In this document: positions 29,601-41,600 of the stretch, one piece after another
How the letters are laid out: every line of letters starts with the position of its first letter
How positions within the stretch are numbered: position 1 is the stretch's first letter
Assembly (NCBI GenBank): GCA_965285935.1
Contig: OZ260666.1
Location: 38,936,001-39,000,000 of the forward strand
Direction of reading: 5' to 3'
From: Ophelia neglecta
Taxonomy: Eukaryota
Length of the DNA stretch: 64,000 nt
Program-made: the position numbers and the translations under genes
Notes under the pieces: generated by a model
The model's database searches: none
The model's input: the letters and a program-made list of their open reading frames with translations, nothing else
What the model was told of the DNA's origin: nothing

Positions 29601-32600
29601 TTGGAAAGCTATCTATTGTTGTCCCACCTTATGCTAGAGATATTTCAAAAGCACATTATTTGAATTTTACCTGTTTATATCAGAAAAAATGCATGAGTTT
29701 GGTAAATGCTCTCATCAAGATAAGAAAAAAAATTTCAAACAAATTATGACATTTGAATGTCAGTACCTATGATCTGAAGGCTGAGAGCATTGAGCTTGAA
29801 GTTTCAGTTGTTAGTCCCCAAACACCCATGTTAATCACTGTGTAGTCAATCTGGAGCTGGTAGGTTATAGTAGATAGGTCTCACGCCCTAACCGTGTAGA
29901 ACAGGCTGATAACTCATTCGCTTACACATGCACCTTCAGGTTTGTTTGGGGCATGTGTGGCGTATTTCTATATTCTAAGGAGCTCTGTTCATCTACATAG
30001 ACTTATAAAAAGTTTGAACTATAACAACACTTCACTGGATTACATTTGTTTCCTAAACTTACTCTCTACATTCAAAATGGAACCTTTTCCACTATTAAGT
30101 TTGTTTAAGCAAAACCTAAATATTGTATATTGAAGCATATTATTTGTATTAGATGTGTGTATACTTGATTCAGTGAACTTTTTAACAGGTTGCATAACAT
30201 TTTAAGTTGTAAGTAGCAAGTAGATAATAAGAAATTATTTCAAATGATAATTTTTCCAAATGACTGGTAGTTGGGTACAATTTATTATGAACCATGACTT
30301 AATGATTCACCCTCTGTTTTATTTGCTCAGGGGCTTTGCCAAGAGAACACTGATGAAAACTGCAAAAAAAGCAGGATTTAAGTCAAAGGAGAATCCCAAC
30401 AAGAGACAGAAATATGTTTTACCTACTCCTCCCATGGCCCGGCGAGCACTGGTGGGGTACACATATGACAGCAAAGATCGGCCGGTCAGCATGTACGAGG
30501 ATCATGAGCTATCTGGTTAGTACCTCAGCCTGCCCCTGCTTTGTGCCTCTCAAAGAAACTTTTGAAACACTGTGACCATTATTATATATACTATTATAAT
30601 ACCACCCTGGTCACTCAGGAAATATGGCATGTGTTTTTAATATTTTTATTTTCTAACAATACTAATTTTCAGTGATAGATGAGCAGGAAATAGCGATGGC
30701 TATCCAGACGGACGCCAAGAACGTGGACCGTCTGGCAGAGCGATTGTACTGCCGGGACTTTACCCGTCTGGGTCTTAGCTCTCTCCATGGCAACAACACC
30801 CGGGGCCGGACAGAACCGTTCAGGCTCACCATGGTGAACACCACATACACCGTCTGTCGCAGGTATATTCTCATCATGATTCCTCAAATGATTTATTTTA
30901 GTACAAACTTTCTATACGAGGAGAGTTTAAATAAAATTGTTGCAGTGCATTTCCTCGTGGTCAAATTTGATGACTCCTGTAATAGAGCAATTGGACAAAA
31001 ACAGAAGGTAAAATGTTAACTAGGACTTGCAAGCAAGTAGTGTGGTGATGTCCAGACAAGGCACAGCAGTTGTAGATTAACTTAATTTAATAGAATGTTG
31101 GGATGTCGCTTTTAATATGTGTTTTCTTCCTTTGTCTCCAGCTACCCAGCAGTATTATGTGTACCACAGTCCATAACAGATGCTAGCATACAGAAGTTTG
31201 CTCGGAGTCATAGACAGTACAGGTAGGTCTATTACATGCCTTGTACGTTGTGTAACATACTGGGACTACCTGTGTACAGCTAAAGACATATTTCCTATTC
31301 ATTGGATACCAGTGCTACAAAATATGTCTACACTGCCCAGAGAGGGCTACAAAGTCAACATTATATGGTAGATAAAAGGTTAACTTCACACCCTGAACTG
31401 AGTTGTTGTTGCTTTTGATCACTGTGATAAACTTTATCCATGAAATCTGTAATTCAAGCATTGAGGAAAGTATTTAATAAACATTTATAGTATTGCTGTT
31501 TCTATATGGTTATTGAAAGCTCATCAATAATATATTGACACACCTTTATGGTTTTAATTTGATTACATTGAATTCATCTAAATTGAAAGCTATTTATTCC
31601 AGGTTTCCAGTTGCAACATGGAGACACCCCAAAACCAAAGCAGTATTATTGCGGGCCAGTGGATTCCATGGCAAAGGGGTGATGGGTATGCTGAAAGGCC
31701 ATCACAATGCACCTTCAGGTTTGTTACTAGCTTCATGACCCTGCCTACCACCACTTGTTATTAAGCCATGCATTTGTAACTTCATATCAGGCAGAAAGTT
31801 TTAACATGATAAGCTGATTGAAGATTTGATGTCATTGTGAAACTACTAATATTCAAATATTTAAGAAATAAATGATCATTTTACATACCTCTGTTTTTTC
31901 CACAATGGCCTTAAATTGCTGTGCAGCATCATAATATTCAAATGTACGTTTTGTACATTAGCATCAATATCATATCACATATACATATATCTGCATACAA
32001 CAATCCTCACCATTTTACCATATCATTGACTGTTGATTTGTCGACTCATCTCACTAGATGGTCTGACTATAACCAGAGTCTCAGTATGCCGTAAGAGGAT
32101 GCCCTCTAGTTAATGACAATCAAGCATTTCTAAGCTTCACTCATCATTTGCTTTAGTAACAAATTGATGAAGTTTTTGACATCAGGAGGAAAATTAATTA
32201 AAAAATGTTAATGCTTTACCAGTAGTAAACTGCTTATAACCTAACTTTTGCTAAGTTTCATCGTCAGCTTTTTACCTACCTTTTTCCAGTGTTTTTTTTT
32301 CAGATTTATGTCAATGTCTACTAATTTATGCATGCTGCTTAAACCCGTTTTAGTTCATGTATGATATTATAGAATTTATATGTCTAAACCTATAATATTT
32401 TAGTTCATTTTTCAGTATATTTAGTGTAGACCCTTTACATTTTATTTCTGTAGATATTTTAGTGTGTTCACATAACATTTTGGTATAGAATTTTCATTGT
32501 TCTGGTATCTGCCATTTTGGGTGGAAAAATCTCATTGTATATTTTCTCCATTCTGATAATTGTCCAAAACCAGAGTTATTAGATACATTCTGTTCAACAC

Positions 32601-35600
32601 ATGCAATATTTGTAGTATTTGAACACATGCAATATATGTAGACTACATTTGTATGGGTAATTGTATGCTACATTTGTATGTGCTGTTGATTTAGGAAACC
32701 ACTACGATGAGATCTCGTTGGAACTAGAACAAGTGAAATACTTTTCTGCGATAGTGGCTGGTAACATGCTGGGTAAAGCTGACTTACTGCTCTCTGCAAC
32801 TAGATCCTCCGAATGATTTGTGTGCAACTTCAATGTGTTTAGTTGTTTCCTTGTTGCGTTTCAACCAAATCATGTTTTTATCGTTTGAATTTACTTTGTT
32901 GCCAATTGGTATTATGGCTCATTGCTGCTAAAAGAGAAGGGAAAATTGAATAAAGTTTTGATTACTAAAAGATATTTATCTTGTGTGGTGAAAAATCTCC
33001 AAAAAGTGTTTCTGCTTTGGTTTCCATTTAGGAAATTACATAGGCAATACCGATTTGAGAATTAGAAAAAATAGCTAAATTTGATTCAATCACCGTTTGA
33101 GTACGCAGATAAATGAGGGATGTATATTAACATGGCCAGAGGACAGGGTGTAGGAGTATACAGGCACAGATACTTGTAGAATTCTATAGAATGCTCAAAA
33201 TGCTGGGCACAGGCAATGGGAATCACTAATGAATGTGCATAGACCTCTAACATGTAACACGTAACCTGTCTGAGCACACCTAACACCCACCTCTGTGTAA
33301 TACCATACTGTCTACAACATTTTCTCAAGTCATACTATTTCTTACTGAGTTAATATTCAATTAATGTTTGCTGGTACTGTTTTCTTGTTTTTCAATTTTC
33401 CAGCAACCACAACTATTTTTTGTGTTTGAAAACAACCTGTAAGGATTTACCAACTGGTTTGACTTGTTGTAAGATAATTTGATGACTTCTTGCATACTTT
33501 ATGAAACAAAGTTTAAGGAGGATGTATTCAAACTGTCAATCATCCATGCTTTATGCACACATACACAGACACTGTCTGATATCAGTGTTTTTTACATCAG
33601 GTGCAACCATACTGTACAAATAGGAGCTAAAATGACAATGACAACAACTGTCCTGACCTTTTCAGGTTTAGTTTATCAACTTTGACCTTTATACTCGGTA
33701 CTTATTTCTCCATCATTTTTCTTAATTATTGAATAATTTTCTTCTTACTCTTATAAAATATGTTTGGCACCCTGTCCCCTTTATTTGTGTAAATGTATAA
33801 AAATATTCAAGTCTGTACCAGGAGAAATGAGACTGTCTTTGCCTTCCTGTTTTATATTTGCAGGCATACTAATTATTAACATTGCATGCCCCCACCCCCC
33901 ACCCCACACCCAGAAAAGAATCCCAAGTTTTGCCTTGCAGACAGTCTTATACATTTTCACCTTGTAAATTTGAGTATCATGACTTCTTGTAGATTTATCT
34001 GTAGTCTTAGAAGAGTGTAAGCAAATTAAATATTTGCAGAATTAGTGATGTCTGTAGTTTAGATTCAGTAACTATGTTATGTACATGTAAATGTATTGTA
34101 AATTGAACTTTCAGTATAGGGCAATCTATAGAATAGGATTAGCCTTCATCAGTGTTTCTTAATCACAATTGTAACTTTGCATAATGGCATTTACTTTTCA
34201 TACATTGTCTCGTTGTGCATAGATATGTTTATTGAAGTATACGTTTCCATTTAAATAGTCATATCTCATTTTTGACGAGTACAAACATATGTACATGGAG
34301 TAAAGACCTGCTAAGCAGAGAGTGTCATTTATAGTGTATACCACTGCCCTTTTAACTCCATTCATCTAGGCAGATTATGCATTTAAAGATAAATATAGGT
34401 ATTTTGTCCTCACTGCATGGTTCAAAAATGTGAATGTTCATCTTTGTGATATCCATATTGGTTTGTTGCAGGAACGAGTAGTGAAGTGTCGTCAACTACT
34501 ACTACCATGGAGCAGGAGAAGTACTTTTCGGCGGTGGTGGCCACCACACCAATGGGTAATCAGCGCTGTCTGCCGGTCTCCGGCAGCGACTCACTAACCA
34601 GCCTGGACTCCCTCCTGCTTGCTGCGGGTGCGGTAGACCCCCTTTCTCTCTCGCAGGGCGACACGCCCGACCTCTCTCGCCGCAATCCTCTGGCTCGTGC
34701 TGTCAACAGCCTGAGGAGTAGCGGTGGCAAAGCCAAATGTAAGCACCTCCCTCTACGCTAATCCCCTTGCCCTGCCAGCTCTCGATCAGGCCACAATCTG
34801 TCAACTCACGTTCAGATACCACAGTCTATACAGTCACAGAGGCTCCTTGACATAACCATTAACATAGCAATAGGTAAAAAAAATCAAAGTCAAAGCATGG
34901 TGCTCTGTATCAGGCAATAATTAATTGACATTCAAACAGTATCTTTGACTCCAGCCTATTTGCTCCTTGTTGTACTGAAATATATTTAAAACATATCGAG
35001 TTTAAAGGAAATAACTTGAGAAATGAGCTGAAGAGGTAACATGATTGAGTATACAGGTCAAGAGCTGGCACGGCATTCTTCATCACACAGACCAATATGT
35101 TTAGATTGATTTCATAAATAAAATGATAAGAAATACATTAATGACATATCAATGTCATATACATTTATGTGCACCAATTTGTGAAGTTACCGAAAACAAA
35201 TTCTCCTCTGTAGTAATTTTTGAAATTGTACAACTTCTGAAAACTGAATTAAGTATGAGTATTTCAGATCACAAAGAGATGAGTGCTTACTGTATTTGAT
35301 GGTATAGGTATATTTGGAAATGAACAACAGTCATGATTGGTCGGTCTGTGGCGCCCGATTTCTATTCTGTGGTGTCGGTTTTCACTTCTCAAGCTTGTTT
35401 ACCGTAATACCTCTAATAAGTAGCCCACCTTAAATTAATTAAATTTATGGAATTATAGAAATTTTTATTATTTGGATTATTAAATTTTCATAGTCTCCAC
35501 AATAAATTATTATTTTAGGAAAGTGCAGTCAATGCATTAATACAGGGTGCCACTTATTAGAGGCATTACGGTATATCAGTTTAACTTGAGACTGACTGAG

Positions 35601-38600
35601 CAACACAGGATGTATAAACATTTTAGACTGATTGCTTTAAAAACCTGTACATTTCTCCCATATACTGACTACACACTGTAAATATACACTGATAATGTTT
35701 TGTATATATGGCTCTGTACGTGTGCTCAGTCAGTTTAAATGATTTGCCTTTATAATGAATTTAATATTCACTTATTTCATGAAGCCTTTGCACAGTTTGA
35801 CCTATTTTTGGTGCCAGTCTCTAATAATCCACCAACTTTAACTAAAGGAGATATTTAGTTATCAGTCTACATTACCTGCCCTATAGTCTGGTGACAAAGT
35901 AGGACTTTAGGTTGGTTTGGGGCTGACATTATTCTTGGGTTGGTTTGGGGCTGACATGATTCTTGGGTTGGTTTGGGGCTGACATGATTCTTGGGTTGGT
36001 TTGGGGCTGACATGATTCTTGGGTTGGTTCTGCCTAGCTAAGCGTCGCAGCTCTGGGTCCATTTCTAATGTCATATTGGTTGGTTTGGCCTAACTTGGGA
36101 CCTCAGAGGTATGGGTGGACCCTTCTACATCTGTGTTGGAAGCCTAAAATTTTCAACTTACCAAAAGGTCCTATTTCTACGGGGATATAGAGTGGCCACA
36201 AACTTGGACAAATAAACAAAATTTCAAAGTTGGTCAAAAATCTCTATTTGTCGACAGATCTAAATTTACAAAAATGAATTGGGACTATGCTGAATCACCC
36301 GAGTATTTGTTCATGTATTCATGTACCAACAAGATAGCACAATAGAAGTAGCATCTTCTTGGTTAAATGGAAAAAGTTTGGCTTTCAACGCAGTGTAGAT
36401 GGTTCGCTCCATAACCGTATACATAGCCAACCATTATGACATTAGAAATGGACCCAGAGCTTTGATACTTTACTTACTTCTGCCATGGTGCGATCCCTGT
36501 GTTTGTGTATCATTGAGGTTAACAAGGTGCTGGATGCTCCATGCCTTAATGCATTACACTAGGTTGTCGGATACTACTCGTCTTCTTTAGGGGAGAACGT
36601 TCTATTTTAATTCATGTGATGTTAGGTATGTGGGGTCAGTGGACCCTGTGGTAGATAGGAGTCCTGTAGACAGTATCATGGTCATGTATCTATCAGTAGT
36701 CCTCAGACCCGAGGGAGCTACATGACATACATGATATGAATGGTATACAAACATGATACTAGAGTCTCTTGTTTTATCAACTCGCTGTTTGTTAGCTACA
36801 TGAGCTACTGATGTATCACGGGACGGGTATGTCAGCTCTTAATATAGACCCTTCTGTGTAAATAATCAATAAAATGTGCCATCGGTTGTTAAAAGATTAT
36901 TAATATTTAACACAACATGCATATTAAAGTTACACATGAAGACTTAGACAATTAGTGGTACCACTAATTAAAGTTGACTTAGCTACCTGCCCTGGGCTCG
37001 GTGTAGTTATCCCTTCCACCAAACATTAATATCCACGTTGGTATTAAAATCAACAGTCACCAAAAAATAACATGTCTCAAATCAACACCATCATCAGTTA
37101 TATCAACCCAACTGGAGCCCTTTACCCCCCACCCAATCACACCTACCTCCCCCCCATTATTACCTTGACCAACCCAACTGACACCATGTTGAGACCTGGC
37201 CGTTGATAAGCCTCACAGTAATCTGCACTCAAACATATCTTTCATAAATTATTTGTGCATGATTTCTTAGTCTTCTTAAGTTTTCTATGCAAGAAAATTA
37301 GTGTGCCTTAAAATGATTGAATCATATTATTGAAAAATATTTTTGGTTGAAACAAGCATGTGTCTCAGTTGTTCCACTGTCAGTTAACTGTTGCTTGTTT
37401 AACTCTCAGAAATGATTCAGTGACCCTTTATATTGTTGTAAGAAGCAAAAGCTGCACTCTTGGCTGAGACTTCCTGCTTGTGTCTTTAATAATAATGCAT
37501 GCAGCATGAGTATGCACTTCCAGCCCTACAGTAACCAGCATGTAGTCAAATCCGATATGAATCTATGCCTATGATTTCTGAACACATTGCTATTAAAACG
37601 CAATGTGTAATACTTTTTGAAGATGTGATTTCAAATTAATATATGTTGCACAGTATTAAATTGTTGCTGTTTATGCTTGATTTTACTTTTAATGCTTATT
37701 TTGACACTGTTACCCAATTAAATTACCATCTTACAATCACCTAAATGTATCTGAATTATGGCATGATTGGCATTGAAGTTTCAAATGTATATTGCTGATT
37801 GCTAGATCTAAACTGATTGCTGAATATGATTTGATATTTTCTTCTTCATTAAATTAAGAGGAACAAAGGAACCAGCTCTAACTATGGATAATTTATAGTT
37901 TCATACTGTGACTGCTTCATTCTATATTGTCATACAAACAAACTGTTTTTTTCTGGAATTTCTAAAAATGATGTGTTTGATGGGTTGTCTATTTATCTGT
38001 GTAATATTTATTTTATTCCTGAGAGTTGGTTTCTTGGTCCCCTTGTTTCTCAATGTGTGTGTTATTAGTAGCGGGCCCCTCTCTCATGAGTGTACCCACA
38101 ATGCAACGCCAGCCGCAGGCCTCTAAGCCTCGTCAACATGCTCCTTTTGGCTTTGCCCGAATGTTTGGTAGTTTGCGAGGCAAACCAGAGCGGGCGAGTT
38201 TTGGTGCCGGTTCTAGCAGTCAGCGAGAAATGGAGTCTGGGGAGAAAAAGTCATGTACGTACCACAGCACTGAGCCGTTAGTTTTACCAACAATTGTCTG
38301 CGGTGTATGATAGCTTATTTGAGATTTGCCAACCGGACCATGCAGTTAGTTTAAATCCTAGTCAAATGGTGGCTAGAATCTCTATTATGGCACAGCCAAG
38401 GGCACTACTCGCACATTACCAACAAGATTTAATGTGCGAGTAGTTTTTATAGCTAAGAACCTTAGGTATAAGAATAACAGTTTACATATTAAGTTGCCTT
38501 TGCAATAAAATTTTACAAGTTTGTCTTTTTTTCAGTCAAAAACAGATTTTGCTTTGAAATTATATGCAACACACTATCGCAGATTATTGCATGAAAATAT

Positions 38601-41600
38601 AAACTTAAAACCAAAAAAATAGATACAGGTAATGTTAGTTAAAAAACATTTAAAGAGTGAGTTGCATTTATTGGTACTCACTAGGGTAGTTATGATACTA
38701 AAGATAACAGTTTTATGATAAGCCCCTACTTAACCCTAAAAACACCTGCATTCAGTAAGTAGATTCCAGCTTAATTCCAGGCTTATATACCTCGGTAATA
38801 AACAACATGAACTACAGTATTGTTTAGTAAAACACTTTAAAATCCTAAGGTAAGCTTTCTAGATGTCACACTTACAGGACCTAGTTGCACTGGCACACTT
38901 TGATAAATTTGAATGGGATAAAAGAGATGGACAAAACTAGATAAGAGTAATAATGCTTTTTGTTGAGAAGTCCCCCTTTAGGAGAAGCCCTGAACTGCAT
39001 GTGCATGACCATCTTATAACACTACTCACAGTCTATGGCCTACCATTTTTAAACAACAGCTGTTTTCTGTCTTAACAAAGCTTTTCTGTTTAGATAAGAC
39101 ACCATTCTTTCTATTTTTACTAAAATTGAGCAGACGTAGCAACTTATGTTTCTAATATTCTTGCTTAGACTCCATGGCTGATTTAATTGATCTCCTACTA
39201 GCATGTTATAACATTTAATATATGTGTCAATATCTCTCAGTTCTTGTACAGGAACTAACTAAGTGTTTTAATTTTCTTTTTCTCAAATTAATATATGTAT
39301 GTTATCAATAAATATAATTTCTTAATGTGAAGCCTAACTTCTGATCTGTATTTATGTTAGTGGTTAGTCTAAATGTTGAGTTTATAAATGTTTTGTTGGC
39401 TAGATTTCACTCAGAACTAACTTGCTATGATGCTGTACTGTACCGCTGTACCCTTTGTGTACAGCAAGTAAATTGAGCACATGTTCCCAGATACAGTGTA
39501 TATATTGTATCTATCTGTTTTAAGCCATGTCCAGTGGTTTAATTATTCCAGACAACTGTTAGGCTGGTGGGAGGGTGGGTTCACTGGTCACTTCTGACAT
39601 TTAGGTCAAACAGCACTTGGTGAAAGGTTCTGTCTTCCTGTTGACCAAATATTTTGTCTTCTTCTGTTATGCTTGATACAATTTCCATCAATTTATTATT
39701 CTCATGGACTGTTCCTTTTCTAGCAATAAGCCGTGCACATAGTTTGCGAGATAGGCGCCCTCTGTCGGCAGGATATGGTGGCCAAATGGTTCCCAAACAA
39801 AACGGGACGATAGATTTGGGAGATTTAGGCGATGCGCCCCAGGGACTACACAAGGCAGCGTTATACATACTGGGAGAGAAAAACCAAATGAAGGTCAGTC
39901 TGAGCGAGCAATGTGCAGCCTTTAAGAAACATACAGCCCAGTTCTATGGCAAGGAGGAGCCATGTGTTTTTATAATCAAACAAATTCTCTTGCCAAAATT
40001 GTTCAGATTTGAAACTTCTGTATATAGCAGTGCTTCATGATAAGTGTCATAGAAGTATGATGGTGCAGTAGTATGCCAGGAGTATGCACATTGATTACCT
40101 TGTTTTGTAGGGTATCAAGATGGAGTCATTTCCTAAGTGTGACTTCATACCAGTTGACTTCCACGAGGTGCGCCACGTCAAGTCCAGCTTCAAGAAGCTG
40201 ATGCGCGCCTGTGTGCCGAGCGCCCCCTACACAGACCCCGAGAAGGGCTACCTGAAGGCCATCGAGGATTCTGAGTGGCTGAACCAGCTCCAGAGCATAC
40301 TGCAGATCGCTGGGGCCACCGTGGACCTCCTGGACGTACAGGGCTCCTCGGTGATGATCTGTCTGGAGGATGGCTGGGACTTCAGCACACAGGTACAGCA
40401 ATGGTAGACACACCACTCCAGGTCATGTCTCTGTATCACAAAGTTAGACGCTGGCATTAGACAGAGACTGTGCTGATTTGAGTGCCTTGATTTATATGAA
40501 TCAATATTATTATGCACCACCTTGCTTATGAATTCTGTTTTAATGTATTTTGTTGTGTCTTAAGACCTCCACCCCATCATATCTCTCTAAATGTTCCCCA
40601 TTCAGGTTGTGTCTGTGGCCCAGATTTTGATGGACCCGTACTACCGTACGGTGGAAGGGTTTCAGACCCTGGTAGAGAAGGAATGGCTGTCGTTTGGACA
40701 CCGGTTCACACACAGAAGTAACCAGACCGCGGCCACCCAGGCCAGTGGCTTCGCTCCCATCTTCCTACAGTTCCTAGATGCGGTTCATCAGGTTAATCCA
40801 TGTTTATTACAGTGTTTCTGTTAGGCGAAGTTAATATCCCATGAGTTTCTTAGTATAGTTTCCTAAGTCAGTGCTGTGGTGTCTATGTTATGGCATTTTC
40901 GTAATTATTCCCACAATTCAATTGAGAATGATTTTTAGATTAATTCCCAAGAATGTGTTAATAAAATATAAATAATTTTTAACCAGTGTGTAGAAAAAAC
41001 AAAAGAAAAAACGGCTTTGTTTTTCAGATCTACCGGCAGTTTCCCCTGAGTTTCGAGTTTAACCAGTATTACCTGAAGTTCCTGGCCTATCACTATGTGT
41101 CCAATAGATTTCGGACGTTCATGCTGGACAATGAGTTTGAGAGAGTGGAGGCCGGGTGGCTGTTAGAGGACAGAAATTACAGGTTAGTATACTTATAATT
41201 AAATTAATGATACTATGAATAAACTTCCAAATGGTGGCATATTTCATAAGAATGCTTGTATAATAGTTGTAATCATGGACTGATGAGAGTCTGTGTCAAG
41301 CTGTGAACTAGCACTGGTCGTGGATTATCAAGTTGTAGTTAAGAGTAGATAAGTACGTGTAAGTGGGGAGGACTCACTGCTGAGAGACCAGCAGAAATTA
41401 GAGGGGTGCTCTCACCACAGGAGGTGAACTACATATAACATGCATGAATACAAGATTTATTTAAAATATGGCAGTTTTTGTCACCTATGAGAAGTTAATT
41501 ATTATTCTCCGTACATCTTTTGTGTTTGTATGTTTAATTTACTTCTTACACTAAGTTGTTGGTTTTATAACTGTTTGGTTTCATAAACATACCACATACC

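Noticed and set aside
36591-36625. Small AG...GTATGT-bounded exon candidate in the SBF alternative region
   Set aside because: It is 35 nt, frameshifting, and contains a stop in the required phase; there is no supporting homology.
40340-40392. Restored catalytic activity in SBF because a Cys is present in ICLEDGWDF
   Set aside because: The Cys is one position before the catalytic site of HCSDGWDRT. The catalytic Cys and Arg positions are Leu and Phe, the normal pseudophosphatase state.
41278-41320. Hammerhead ribozyme core (CTGATGAG)
   Set aside because: No properly placed GAAA or flanking helices could be found.
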